This document shows, piece after piece, positions 22,704-33,713 of a stretch of DNA of 62,636 bases (its first letter is position 1; the number at the start of each line of letters is the position of its first letter). The stretch lies in the NCBI RefSeq assembly GCF_000002075.1, contig NW_004798308.1, positions 57,163-119,798 on the forward strand, written 5' to 3'. Below the pieces are notes generated by a model. It had not been told where the DNA came from. It saw only the letters and a list, made by a program, of their open reading frames with translations, and searched no databases. Source of the DNA: Aplysia californica. Lineage: Eukaryota. The position numbers were made by a program, and so were the translations under genes.

Positions 22704-25700
22704 ATGACTACCACAGACACGCAAGTTATGAAAGAAACATCGTCAGCAGGTGAAAACCATAGTACCATCATGTAAGTGTCTTGATGTGTGCGGTGACTAT
22801 CTTATTTAGATCTAGATCTAGATCTATGTCAAAAAGGGTCAAGTGTATGCAAGTAGCCTATATCAAGTGGGATCGAGATGTGCAAAGAAGGTCTCTTTGA
22901 TCTTCCACTATAGCCACTAGGACCAATTAAGAACTGTTATGAATGCTGTGATAAGATTATAAGGAACAGCAATAACACAAATAAAATTGAGTGTAGGCCT
23001 AGGCCAATGACTGCAGCTGCTTTTCTTGTGGTCTTATATAAAGTGTGGAGGTTGATGCGTTTTATGATATCACTGCATGATCAATCAAAGGCCTTTTTCT
23101 TTAATAGGATATGAGTCCAAGCTGTGATTGCTGCAGGTGAAACCTTAATTGTGAACTGTATAGGAAATGGTATAAAATTATAATGATAATAATCTAGGTT
23201 TACTGAATTCTTTTTCATGAAACAGTCACCGCAATCAGGGTATTTAATACCCTTTTTTGTTTTAGGTAGAATTATTAATTATCAAAGCAAAATGGGCTTA
23301 ATTTTTTATTATTAAATATAGCTGTGCAGTCATTTCATTTTAAGTTGGTGAGCTTCAGATGTGGTTTCTATATTGTCTGGTCTAGTTGCCAAATATTCTG
23401 TTCACAAATTTTGCGGTCTTTTCATCTTAAAGTCTATTCAGGTTTGGTTATGTAAATGCACATAGTCAAATTTTTTCGGCTCCTTTTTTTATCACAAAAT
23501 ATGAATTGAGAACTCCAATGGGTTTTTTTCTCATCAAGAATTTCATTTTTAATTTTGTTTGCATTGTCCGCTTGTAACATTTTTTTCTCAGTCTCGAATG
23601 CTACATCATCGCTTCAGGAATGAAACATATTTAATGAGCAAAAACATGTGAATGAACTAAGGTCCCCGCTGTGTGTTTTGTATAGATCTATATTTTATTT
23701 ACATTTTTTTTTTCCTCCTTTTCGTAGACAACCAGACACCCTGTCACAACATTCCAGGATCAGCGGTGGTAGTAGCTCTCCGTCTCAGGAAGGCAGCGTC
23801 CCAAGTAGCCCCAGTAGTAAAAGCAACAAAGTGGGAGACTCCAGCGTTGTGTTGGACATGCCGCCCACTGCGAGAAAACCGTTGGTGACAAAGCGCAAGC
23901 GAGTCCTTATCGTGGGTTCTGGAGCCTCGGGGACTGCTGCGGCTTACGCTTTGGGGAAACATCCGGACAAGTTTGATGTTCAAGTGTGGGAAAAGTTGTC
24001 ACTTCCTGGAGGTGTGGCTACTTCGGAACATATAGAAGGTAGGACACATCAGGAGCTGCTGTTGAATTCATTCTTGAGATGGGAAACTACAATAATATTG
24101 TTGTTAGACCAATAGTAATAGAACATTTCCCTGCTCGTCTTTTTATCTTGTCTGCCCCCCCCCCCCCACCTGCACCTCCACCCTCCCCTTGCTCTTTTAT
24201 TTTTATTGATTTTTATTGACTTTTTTAATGTGAATTTACACCCCGATCAACATAATTAGGATCATTCAGGAGGGGGGGAGGCTTTCAACCCTGCCGCTGG
24301 GGCTGAGAGGGATGCAGCAGCCCAGAAGAAAGACTAAGACACTCAAGTAAAATTTCTCACCGCTGGAGAATCAAACTCAGTTCTTCTGCATGTGCCAGTG
24401 GAGCTCCTAACCACAACACCACAGATAGTGGTCCAGACATTTAGGGAGCCAGGCTGGTTGTAAAATTTCGGGGTCTTGGGAGTTATTGGTTTTGCCTTAA
24501 AGTGTGTTCATTTATTTTGCTCTTGAGGAAAGATATATACCCGTTCATCATGAAAAGAGGTTGAGATATGATTGAAGGAAGGAGGTGGCGGTCTCCTGGT
24601 GTCAAAGGTAAAGTTATTGAGAAAAAGATTGCCAAAACTTGGTAACTGCCAAAGCGGGAGTGTCCTTGGAAACTACAAATTTACATTTTTGTGCCTTTGA
24701 TCAGTGTTTTTGAATTTAAAAATGCATACATGTTTTAACCGAACTTGAAAGAAATAAAATTTCGCTGAAAATTGCCCAACAGATGGAAAAATGTAGATTT
24801 CTTCGATTTCACTATTTTGACTTGGGTCTGATTTCACTATGATGCCACACAACATACAAAAACATTTAACTTTCACTCTAATTGTAAATGAAGTAAAGAT
24901 GTGAATTCTGAAAATATTGAAATTTGTGAATTTCATCTGATATCATATCTGTATGATATGAAGACCAGGGTTTTTAAAATTCTGTTCAGTGGGTGGTTGG
25001 CGGGTGCTCTGGTGTGGTTTGCTTCTTCTTTCGTATCAAACGTATTATATTGTCTTTATCTCTCCTTCTTCTTTTTTGTGATTGTTACTCTCTTGTAGCA
25101 CCTCTAATCTTCAGCACTTATATGACCTTATTGTGTTGCAAATGCAGTAAAACTCTTACTAAAACTAAAATTCTGTTTTGTTTGAATGTCTCAGGACCAG
25201 GTGACCTGGTTATCAACGATGGAGTCCAGGGCGGCTGTCCGACGTATCGGAACACGCTGAATCTGATGTCAGAGTTCGGCTTCTCCGGTTCCCCCGTCCA
25301 CATGATGATTTCTTTTGGAAAAGGGCCGACAGCCTGGACTAACTACACAAAAACCGATCTGATCGATCGACTGAAGGATGAAATCAAACGCTTTGGTCGC
25401 ACGTTGAAGATCATAAACAAGTTAGAATTTTTCTTCATTTTTATTCCCATCTCGAAAGTTCTCAAGTGGTTTGGCTACTCTGATGCATTCTGCTACGAGA
25501 TGGTCTTCCCTCTGACTGCGCTATTTTTCGGCACTGGGAATCAAACACCAAATGTATCGGCAGCAATTGTGGCGAGAGTGTTCCTCGATGATGACCTACG
25601 GCTTTTCGATTACGACCCTGAGTGTCTTTTGAGCCAAACTCCTGAGATGTTCGCATTTCCTAAACTGAGAGACATGTATCAAACAATTATGCGCAAAATG

Positions 25701-26519
25701 GAAACCCAATATCACGCAAACAGAGCTGTTGCGTCGGTCATCAGAAGGAATGGTAAAGTCCACGTTGTCGATGATGCTGACAATGAAGAGGTCTTTGATG
25801 AAATCATCTTTGCCTGTGACGCTGAAACAGTCCTCCGAGTTTTAAAGCAACCGTCGTATCTGGAGAAAAAAGCTCTTGGTAATGTTAGGTATTACAATGA
25901 TGTCACACTCACCCATGAAGATGATGAGTACATGGAAAAACATTACGAACTCCACAAAGACGTTGATCAGTACTTCATCCGTACTGACCCCAACGACAGG
26001 TCGAAGCTTGAAATGTCCTTCAATCTTTCAAACTATCAGCCCCACTTGAAAGACACGGGACGGAATATATACCAAACCATCTTTTTGGATGACAAGATCA
26101 AGGACATTTGGACCATCGATGAAATCGACAAGAGCAAAGTGAGATTCACGCGGTGGTGGAGACAGTTCTCCCACACCTGGAAACATTTTGCGTTCACCGT
26201 GCCCTTGTGGCGCTACGTGCAGGGCACCAAACACACGTGGTACTGCGGGTCCTACACGCTCATCAACACCCATGAAATCGGAATAATCTCGGGTTTTGCT
26301 GCTGCGTGCAGGCTCGGAGCTTCCTACCCGTTCATTGAGGACAAACTCGCTCGCGAGCAGTTTGAGCAGTATCTACTCATGATCCACGGCAAACCACGAC
26401 GGTACGGATGCAACGGAGCTACATTCCTCTCTATTCTCTTCGCTCCTCTCATGTTCATCTTTGTGGGGCTGGCTCTTTTTGTTCAGTTTATCATGAGGTG
26501 TTGCGGGAAAGATGTTTAG
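22704..26519 (+). CDS. FAD/NAD(P)-binding oxidoreductase (flavin amine-oxidase-like / COG2907-like) with a C-terminal transmembrane anchor; exons 22704-22771, 23728-24038, 25195-26519
   Basis: Rossmann motif RVLIVGSGASGTAAAYAL...VWEK...PGG, then INDGVQGG, FDEIIFAC, WYCGSYT..NTHE.GIISG. Hydrophobic tail ATFLSILFAPLMFIFVGLALFVQFIMRCC. Phases join in frame (AT|A, G|GA). A likely non-coding upstream exon ends at 22423 (GTAAGT). Confidence 0.88.
24989..25170 (+). mobile_element. Retroposon copy just upstream of the oxidoreductase last-exon acceptor
   Basis: Same family as 12632-12808. It explains the spurious N-terminus of ORF 24993..26519. Confidence 0.8.
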
Positions 26520-26709
26520 AATTCTATTTTATCATTAGAACGGTAGCTAAAAAAGAGTTCATTCCACCAAGCCTTCCCCACCAATAACAGATCAACAAGT
26601 TTGTACATTGTATGATATTATATTGCAAGCTTTCGTTGTCACTTGTGCGTTTCATTTTATTAGCTCTTCATTTAATTTATTCAAATTTATGGTACAGCTT
26701 ATATATAGA

Positions 26710-26889
26710 CAGTAAAACCATGGTATAACAAAAAACATACTTCTTTCAGACCAAGGTCTTGAAAGTCTTAGCCGAGGTGTGTGTTGGTCATAAAGAGTAA
26801 AAATACAAGATGGGACGCAGGCTTCAGAAAGTGATCGTTACGGCTGATAGTATATTTTAAGGTGCATACGTTATACCAAGGCTTTACTG
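26710..26889. mobile_element. Tigger/pogo-type MITE downstream of the oxidoreductase stop
   Basis: CAGTAAAACCATGGTATAAC...GTTATACCAAGGCTTTACTG|TA imperfect TIRs. Confidence 0.7.
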
Positions 26890-28139
26890 TACATTTATGT
26901 GCACTATGCAATTGTCAAGAAGGCACTAAATGGCCAGACCAATTTGATATTGATGTCGGTACGCAGTGTCTTCTTACATGCTTGGAGATCAGCATATTTA
27001 TTTTTAAAACTTTTTTATATATATAGTACTTTCATTTTTATCATGAATTTTTGCAAGAGTTATGTTTTCATCAATATCTCAGGGATTTCCTACTTGTAAA
27101 GGAACTAATCATTTTTTCTTGCTTTTTGTGAATTAATTCTCATGAAGGAAGTGGTGAAATAGTTGACTTTTTTGTAAAATGGAAAGTTCATGACTTATAA
27201 TGTGTGTATGTGTATATATTTTATACACACATGCGCACACACACAAACACTCACACACACGCACGCACACGCACACACTCACACATGTACACACATCCAG
27301 AGTAGTACATTACCCCTTCAGTTTTCTGAACATCATTTAATTAGCACTGAAGGGCTTGCAAACTGTATTAAACTATTTTTGTCTTTATTGTATTAAATTT
27401 ATGAAATAATTTCTCGTTCTCTTTTTCAGTCTTTCTGATCCACTTTTCTCAATTAGCTTCTGTGTCTCTACCCTCTTTTTTCTCTCTGTTTCTGTCTCTG
27501 AAAATACCCTTCACTGTTCCGTACTCAAAGGTTCGCAACTGCAAGAATCTAATGTACACTTCGCATTTTAATGTCATCAGAATTTTGTTATTATCATTCG
27601 GGCTCCAAGCGTTTAGGTGTACAAAATTTTGAGTCAGCTCCTTTATTATATTATGATACCTTTCTATACCTGTATTTCTTTAAAATATATGTATATATAT
27701 ATATAAATATATTAATGTATATATAGGTACCGTTTATGTAATTCCATCATATAGTCTATTTTAATTTCTAATTTCTTGGAAACCAATGTACCTCGTAATA
27801 GATGTTTTCATCTGAAGAATATTATTGTTGGGTGTGCAATTGATAACCCAAAGTTCTCCGATGAAAAGCAATAAGAATGTCTTCATACATACATTTTCTT
27901 GAGGTTAAAGGAATGCTGGTTTCCTTGCAAATGTTTTATAATGCTCAGTGCTCTGTGATAATAACTGAAGAACATTAACATTATGCACCAACATCCTGCA
28001 TTTCGCTCCTTTTTTGCTTTTATTATCTAATTACACTGGCTGCTGGCTTTGAAAATAGGTTTTTCAATGTGTTCTGGGGTAATTTTATCGATATAAATCT
28101 GAAGACATTGTCATTTTGTATATATGATATGGGAGAAAG

Positions 28140-28360
28140 CAGAAACAAGACAAGGCGAGACAAAATTAGAAACTCAATAATCCGAAAAATGGTGGGCACA
28201 AATGATGTCTTGCGTCACATCAAACACCAAAGAATCTAATGGTTCGGACATCTCCTACGATTACCAACACACAATCCAGCACAACGTGCCTACATAAAAA
28301 AATTGGATGGCAACAAGGCATGAGGGCGACCGAGAAAGACCTGGATAGATGGAGTCAGGG
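28140..28360 (+). mobile_element. RTE-clade LINE C-terminal fragment
   Basis: TRRDKIRNSIIRKMVG...QRI*WFGHLLR...GRPRKTWID, with stops. Confidence 0.75.
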
Positions 28361-28489
28361 AAACATTAACCATCCAGGGGAGATGTAATATAACTCCATT
28401 TTTAGTTGTATGCAAGACCAGTCAACACTATTAACCGAACCAATAGAACCAAGACTACCTCTGCTGCGACACCATGACTTTTTTTCCTT

Positions 28490-28940
28490 TTTATCGACAA
28501 GAACTTATCAGTATATATAAGCCAGGGAGAAACCTAAGATCATCGAACGATAACACCCTACTACTACTTGTGACACCTGTAAAATCATACAAATCATATG
28601 GAGAGAGATCTTTCTCATATCTTGGTCCATTTATGTGGAACAGATTACCCATGAAACTAAGACTAATAAAAACTCTAGATAGCTTCAAAAGCCACCTTAA
28701 ACATGTTCTGTTCCTACAGGCCTATCCTTCATAAGCTTTTAACGTTATTTTTCTTAATAGTTGTTTTGTTCCTATGTCTGGATGAAAATAGTCTGTGTGT
28801 GTGTGTGGGTGTGTGTGTGTGTGTGTGTTCATTAATATATACTGCATGAGAAGAAAGAAAGGAGTAAGAAAGGTTTTTTTGAAAAATGGGTATTCCAATG
28901 TAAAGCTCATTGAGCTACTTTTTTGGAAATGCGCTATATA
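28490..28940 (+). mobile_element. L2-clade LINE 3' end
   Basis: YKPGRNLRSS...YGERSFSYLGPFMWNRLP...LDSFKSHLKHVLF, followed by tail TGTAAAGCTCATTGAG...GCGCTATATAAAT..(TTA)n. Confidence 0.85.
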
Positions 28941-29569
28941 AATATATATTATTATTATTATGACTTAAACTCTTGTCCATGACTCTCATTAGATTACACC
29001 CTGTAAAATTGACCTTAGCTGGTACTTCTGTCAAGCCTGATTCTGTAGTCAAAACCTGGCTAGATGGCCGTCTGTATAAGAAAACCACCTGTGCAGACTG
29101 CCAATTTCCATTTTTCACCCTTGTGTTTTTTATAAGGACAGGTCAGTTCAAGAAACGTGTGTGCCACATTTTTCTAATACCGGTATCGACTTTTTTGCTT
29201 TTCGCTGGCTGCAGATTTTTCTCTAACATATCTTTTTCGATGTGAGGATCGGACTATAAATAAGTTATTTACAGTATAGCGCGATCCTCATATTAAAGAT
29301 ATAGACTGGCAAGGAAAGATCTTGGCCACGAGAAAGCTAAAAAAATCAATTTTAAGAAAAAGTGGCATACGGTTTCCTGAAAAGGACTGGCAAAATATCA
29401 TTAATGATGGCACTTCCTCAAACGATAACCTGTCCAATGTGGCTGTCATGGCCACTATAATATTTGACATTTTATTAACCAGTAGTTAAAAAAAACCTGT
29501 CTTAGATGGCCATGCATTTGTCTTTTTACGTTGTCATTTATGAGGACTGAGAACAAACTTCAGGACCTG

Positions 29570-30005
29570 AAATGATGTGGTGAAATCAGGCGCTCATCAA
29601 TTTTTGGGTATGGAGTAATTGGTACCATTATAATAAAGCGTGTGCATTTGTCTTGTTTACGATACAAAAATTACCAATCTGTCCTGAATAGGAGTCGATA
29701 TATTTGCAATTGAAGGAGGTGGGGGTCGCCTGATTTCAGAGGTAAAATTAGCGAGAAATGGCCGCCAAAATCTGGTGTCTTAAATAGCTTGAGAGACCTT
29801 GGAAACAAATAATTTACTTTTTTTAAAAGCCTTTTATCAACTTCTGTCCTTGAAATATTCACAGAAATGGGATTTTCGCTAATAAAAAGTGTTGAACCAA
29901 AAAACAAAAATTGAGAAAAAAGAAGCAAAATCGGCAGGAAAATGCAGATTTTCTGATTTCATTATTTTGACGAGCGCCTCATTTCACCACATTGCCTCAG
30001 ATATA
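29570..30005. mobile_element. ~420-bp MITE family (TIR ...GTGGTGAAATCAGGCGCTCRTCAA)
   Basis: Inverted termini. Other copies at about 3752-4165, 7210-7545 (partial), 44825-45263, 60725-61134 and 880-990 (partial). Confidence 0.75.
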
Positions 30006-30702
30006 CATGTTTTGCTATGTTCATGCTGTATTGTATTTCTTTGCAGCCAACATGTCTTGCCAGCATGAGGGATCTGGTTATGTTTGAAATGATCAATGAA
30101 TTCAATGCGTCTTTTTGGACATTTGATTCTTAAAATTTAAAAAACCCAAAAAAACTCAAAACTTACTGAATTTACAGTAAGGGATGATTACAAATGTAGA
30201 GTTATTACTTATACTACCTCTCAGAATCCAGTTTTTGCGATGAATTGTTTCGTATTAATGTGTATGTAAAGTACCGTACATATATATTAAAAGTTAAAAC
30301 ACAATCAACATCTGTCTTGACTCTTTTGTAAAAATAGTAACAAAGAACTAGAAGAAAATTATAAACCCCCATCCTTTTGTGTTGAAACCATGTATAAAGT
30401 GAAATGATAAGGCAAGGAGATAGTTTTAGTTTTAGTAGAGGTTTTATGGCACTAGCAACTGCATAAGGTCATATGAGCGCCGCACCAAGGGGTGGATGTC
30501 AACAGAGAAGTCTTTACAGGGAATTACACTTGCTCCGTTCACCTCTCTAGCTTTAACAGCACAAAGTCTGGTGTCACTGTCTCAAAAATGAGCAATTTGT
30601 CGGCTTGGTTACTGTTTACTCTGTTTTTGTTTTAGTAAGAGTTTTACAGCGTTCACAGCTGCATAAGGTCATATGAGTACGTTGGTTATTGTAAATCATT
30701 AA

Positions 30703-30826
30703 ATTAAATACTGCCCTTAAAGCGCATAGACAGGATCACTAAAATTTAATGAATTATTGGTTACTGTAAATCCTTACATTTTAGTGATCCTGTGTATACG
30801 CTTTAACTTAAAGGGCAGTATTTAAT
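30703..30826. repeat. Long hairpin / inverted repeat
   Basis: ATTAAATACTGCCCTT..AAAGCG..CAGGATCACTAAAAT versus ATTTTAGTGATCCTG..CGCTTT..AAGGGCAGTATTTAAT. Confidence 0.75.
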
Positions 30827-31089
30827 ATAGGGCCCAAATAAAGAAACTTCAGCGGATCAAGATGTTTTAAAAAATATATATATTTGTTTAGTTGCTGACC
30901 TACAGGAGTGCCTTTCAAAGTTCCGTGCGCATTGGTCAATTAATAAATGAGCTAGAATTTTTTTAATGCAGTCAGATGAAAGTGAACAAATGGTGTAGTG
31001 TAGGCCAAAGAACACTCCCAGCTTTGTTTTTTCCTGGCATAGGTGGTAGGTGTTTTTAAGCCCTCATTGACACGATTTATATCATTTAG

Positions 31090-31503
31090 TTAACATTTTA
31101 CGGTCACTAGGCACAAAATTGCGCCGGTGACAATTATCCATTCCGGTCACCTGGCGTAGTTCTGTGCCAGGCCCGAAAAGTCTGTTGCAGTGGCTCTCCT
31201 GGCTGGGTGACCAGATGGGGTATTTTGTACTGCTGGCTGGGTGACTACAAAGTGTTAACCCTAACCATACGTCGTGTTTTACTATCGTATCCATACGACG
31301 TGGGGAGCTTTGTGACACCACTTTCCAAAGAGGAAATTTACTCGTTAATCCGATCAGTACGCTTAGCATAGCAGTCAGTCAAAAATGATTTTTTGAGAAA
31401 TACTGAAAGTTTCAAAGAGATCTTCGTACTAGAAGTATTCTAAAATGTGGAGAATACAACCCCGGGGGTACAAAATGACATCAGGGCGTACGGGTAGGGT
31501 TAA
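31090..31503. mobile_element. Two abutting TTAA-type MITEs sharing one TTAA (31255-31258)
   Basis: A ~160-bp element (free copy at about 52965-53132) is followed directly by the CCCTATCC MITE. The pair is repeated at about 32590-33003. Confidence 0.75.
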
Positions 31504-33713
31504 ATTGTGCAGTTTATTATTCTTTGGTTTGCTCCGTTGTTCCTCCCACAAACTTTTGACCTTTTGTATTATAAATACCATCTGTGTGAGGGTAATCTTC
31601 AATGACCCCAACAGGAGGGATAAGGCTTCTTCCGCCAGGAGATCGAACTGTTTCCTTAGATGTCTATAAGGCTAGGTATCCAAGTAATAGGCTTCCCCTG
31701 CTAAGTTCAGTCTGGGAGTGAATCCTCAACTGCAATTTAACTATTTTAGGGTTAAAACCAATACACTTACTTAAGTTGTGCCCAGTGGTTCCATATCTGT
31801 CCCCGTGGTTTATGCACCCTGCATAATTTAGCAAAATTTGATCATTTTTTGCATAATTTCTTATTTTCCAGTATCATTCTTTGTTAAAATTAACAGAATC
31901 GCATAATTTTACATTTTTGGGCTCAGTTTGCATAATTTCAGAATTTTTTTCAGAGATAGACTTTAAACTCGCTGGTTCCACCTCTAAAATAACTTAACAT
32001 TATTGCAACAGGCATTTTTAAAAAACACCCAGATATTCAGAAGTTCATGTCCATTTATTACTTTCAAGCTAAAAACAAATCATAGAAAACATCATGCAAT
32101 ATAACACTGGACATTCATATTTAATATTTAAATTTCAAATTCCTTTGCATGTTATCCTCTCCATAAATCACACCATTCGTATCCAACACATCATCATCCT
32201 CATCCATCCATTCATTCATTCATCACAGGGAAGAGTTCTGTGTNNNNNNNNNNNNNNNNNNNNNNNNNNNNNNNNNNNNNNNNNNNNNNNNNNNNNNNNN
32301 NNNNNNNNNNNNNNNNNNNNNNNNNNNNNNNNNNNNNNNNNNNACCTACCAGTGGCGCCCTCCAACCTCCCTCTCTGTGGAAGTAGAAGACAGTACAACT
32401 TCAAATCTTGGGTATGCGGTTTAACTTTAATATAGGGCCCAATAAAGAAACCACCGGATTTTAATGCAGTCAGATGAAAGTGAACAAATTATGGTATAGT
32501 GTACGCCAAAGAACACTCCCAGCTTTGTTTTTTCCTGGCTTAGGTGGTAGGTGTATCTAAGCCCTCATTGACACGATTTATATCATTTAGTTAACATTTT
32601 GCCGTCACTAGGCACAAAAATGCGCCAGTGACAATTGTCCATTCCGGTCACCTGGCGCAGTTCTGTGCCGGGCCCGAAAAGTCTGTAGAAGAGGCTCTCC
32701 TGGCTGGGTGACCAAATGGGGTATTTTGTACAGCCGGGTGGGTGACTACAAAGTGTTACCCCTATCCGTACGTCGTGTTTTACTATTGTATCCATACGAC
32801 GTGGGGAACTCTGTGCCACCACTTTCCAAAGAGAAAATTTACTCGTTAATCCGATCAGTACGCTTTGCATAGCAGTCTGTCAAAATGATTTTTTGAGAAA
32901 TACTGAAAGTTTCAAAGAGATCTTCGTACTAGAAGTATTCTAAAACATGAAGAATACAACCCCGGGGGTACAAAATGACATCAGGGCGTACGGATAGAGT
33001 TAAATTGCGCATTTTATTATTCTTTTATTTGCTCTGTTGTTCCTCCCACAAACTGGAGATATAACTTTTGACCTTCTTTATTATATAAATATCATCTGTG
33101 TGAGGGTGATCTTCAACGACCCCAACAGGAGGGATAAGGATTCTTCCGCCAGAAGATCGACTGTTTCCTTGGATGTCTACACGGCTAGGTATCCAAGTAA
33201 TGTGCTTCCCCTGTTAAGTTCAGTCAGGGAATGAATCCTCAACAGAAATTTAACTATTTTAGAGTTAAAGTTAAAACCAATACATTCACTTTTGACTTTG
33301 TGCTCAGTGGTTCCAAATCATCTGTTAGTGCTGATCTAACCAATGAACACATTGATCAAACCGAAAGTGCTGGGTCTGAAATTGTGTCCTTAGGAAAGGC
33401 AATTTACACGAATTTTCCCATTTGGCTGAATCCTTTCAGAGACAGACTTTAAACTCGCTGGTCCCACCTCTAAAATAACTTTACATTATTGCAACGGGCA
33501 CTAAACTTTAAAAAAAAAAACACCCAGATATTCAGAAGTTCATGTTCATTTATTACTTTCAAGCTAAAAACAAATCATAGAAAACATCATGCAATAACAC
33601 TGGACATTCATATTTAATATTTAAATTCCGAATTCCTTTGCAAGTTTGATCCTCTCCACAAATCACACCATTCGAATCCAACACATCATCATCCTCATCC
33701 ATTCATTCATTCA

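Noticed and set aside
24993-25194. N-terminus MVGGCSGVVCFF... of the 508-aa ORF and similar short ORFs at 12568, 12935, 33993 and 53803
   Set aside because: Derived from a dispersed retroposon; the true exon starts at the acceptor at 25195.
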